From Paraspadella gotoi (lineage: Eukaryota; Animalia; Chaetognatha), in the NCBI GenBank assembly GCA_051294375.1, contig JBJCIZ010000810.1, forward strand, positions 1-64,000: a DNA stretch of 64,000 nt. The letters run 5' to 3'. The notes under the pieces were generated by a model. The model was not told the DNA's origin. It saw nothing but the letters and a program-made list of their open reading frames with translations, and searched no databases. Positions 63,480 through 64,000 of this stretch are shown here, piece after piece (position 1 is the first letter of the stretch; each line of letters begins with the position of its first letter). Position numbers and translations under genes: made by a program.

Positions 63480-64000
63480 TTACCTCTAAACTCACTGGCT
63501 GAGAAATAGGTAATAATAAATTCTTAATTGTAAACTGAAAAAGAATAATTAGTCTTTCAACATGTTTTTTTTCAGTACTGCGAATTCTATCCATTTTCTT
63601 CGTTGCCGCCTTCCATGGATATGACAGCTTTGAATGAAAGTTACTACTCTGTAACTCTCAAGTCGTTAAAAGTTTGGGTGCGCCTTTGGATCCGTTTACG
63701 GCGCCAAATGCAACGACGAAAAAGGCGTAATCACGTGGCTTTAACCCAAATGGCCGCTTCTAGTTTATGGGCGGACGTCAATTATAAGCTGCACATGTCT
63801 ACACCAACGATGTGAATCAAACATACCTTACAAGGCAGATCTACTCGTCGAGCTCAACTATTCTAAAAAGTCAAGGAAAAAAAAATGCGCCTGGCTGGTT
63901 GGTGTTCGGATCCGGACAAAACGGTAGAGTTGCCCAATGCCTTAGCAAGCGAAAATCGGGTTTTAAAACCACGCATCTTGGACGAAGAGTGGTGAATTGC
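63480..64000 (+). pseudogene. MCP copy 4 (partial, after a gap)
   Basis: End of exon 1, intron 63510-63575 and start of exon 2; indel-rich. Confidence 0.8.

Larger units (their letters stand above)
49993..64000 (+). mobile_element. Endogenous Maverick/Polinton (adintovirus-like) element: integrase and virion-morphogenesis block
   Basis: Co-oriented, tightly packed ATPase, QKGG protein, ORF238, integrase, penton, core-like protein and MCP. No pPolB, protease or TIR was recognised in this window. Confidence 0.92.

Overview
AT-rich eukaryotic (probably invertebrate) draft-assembly DNA with five N-gaps and several noisy, indel-rich stretches (notably 1-13.4 kb, 37.5-46 kb and 59.8-64 kb). Nearly all of it is transposon-derived. 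The main signal is an endogenous Maverick/Polinton (adintovirus-like) morphogenesis block at about 50.0-64.0 kb, all on the + strand: A32/FtsK packaging ATPase, small QKGG protein, 238-aa ORF, chromodomain integrase, minor capsid (penton), basic core-like protein and major capsid protein (MCP). The penton and MCP genes are split by short (65-71 nt) GT-AG introns that resemble other introns in the window. The core+MCP pair appears up to four times in tandem, which may be partly an assembly artefact. A 3.6-kb Helentron-associated element sits between the penton and core genes, and a hAT-type MITE sits inside the last MCP exon. The window also holds an apparently intact 4-exon divergent DDE/CxxH transposase gene (about 1166 aa), a standalone intronless SGNH hydrolase, Penelope-like remnants with an inverted pair of minimal hammerhead ribozymes, a tRNA-Gly-derived SINE family, several MITE families, and Ty3/gypsy and Tc1 fragments. 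All family assignments come from motif recognition by eye; no database searches were run.
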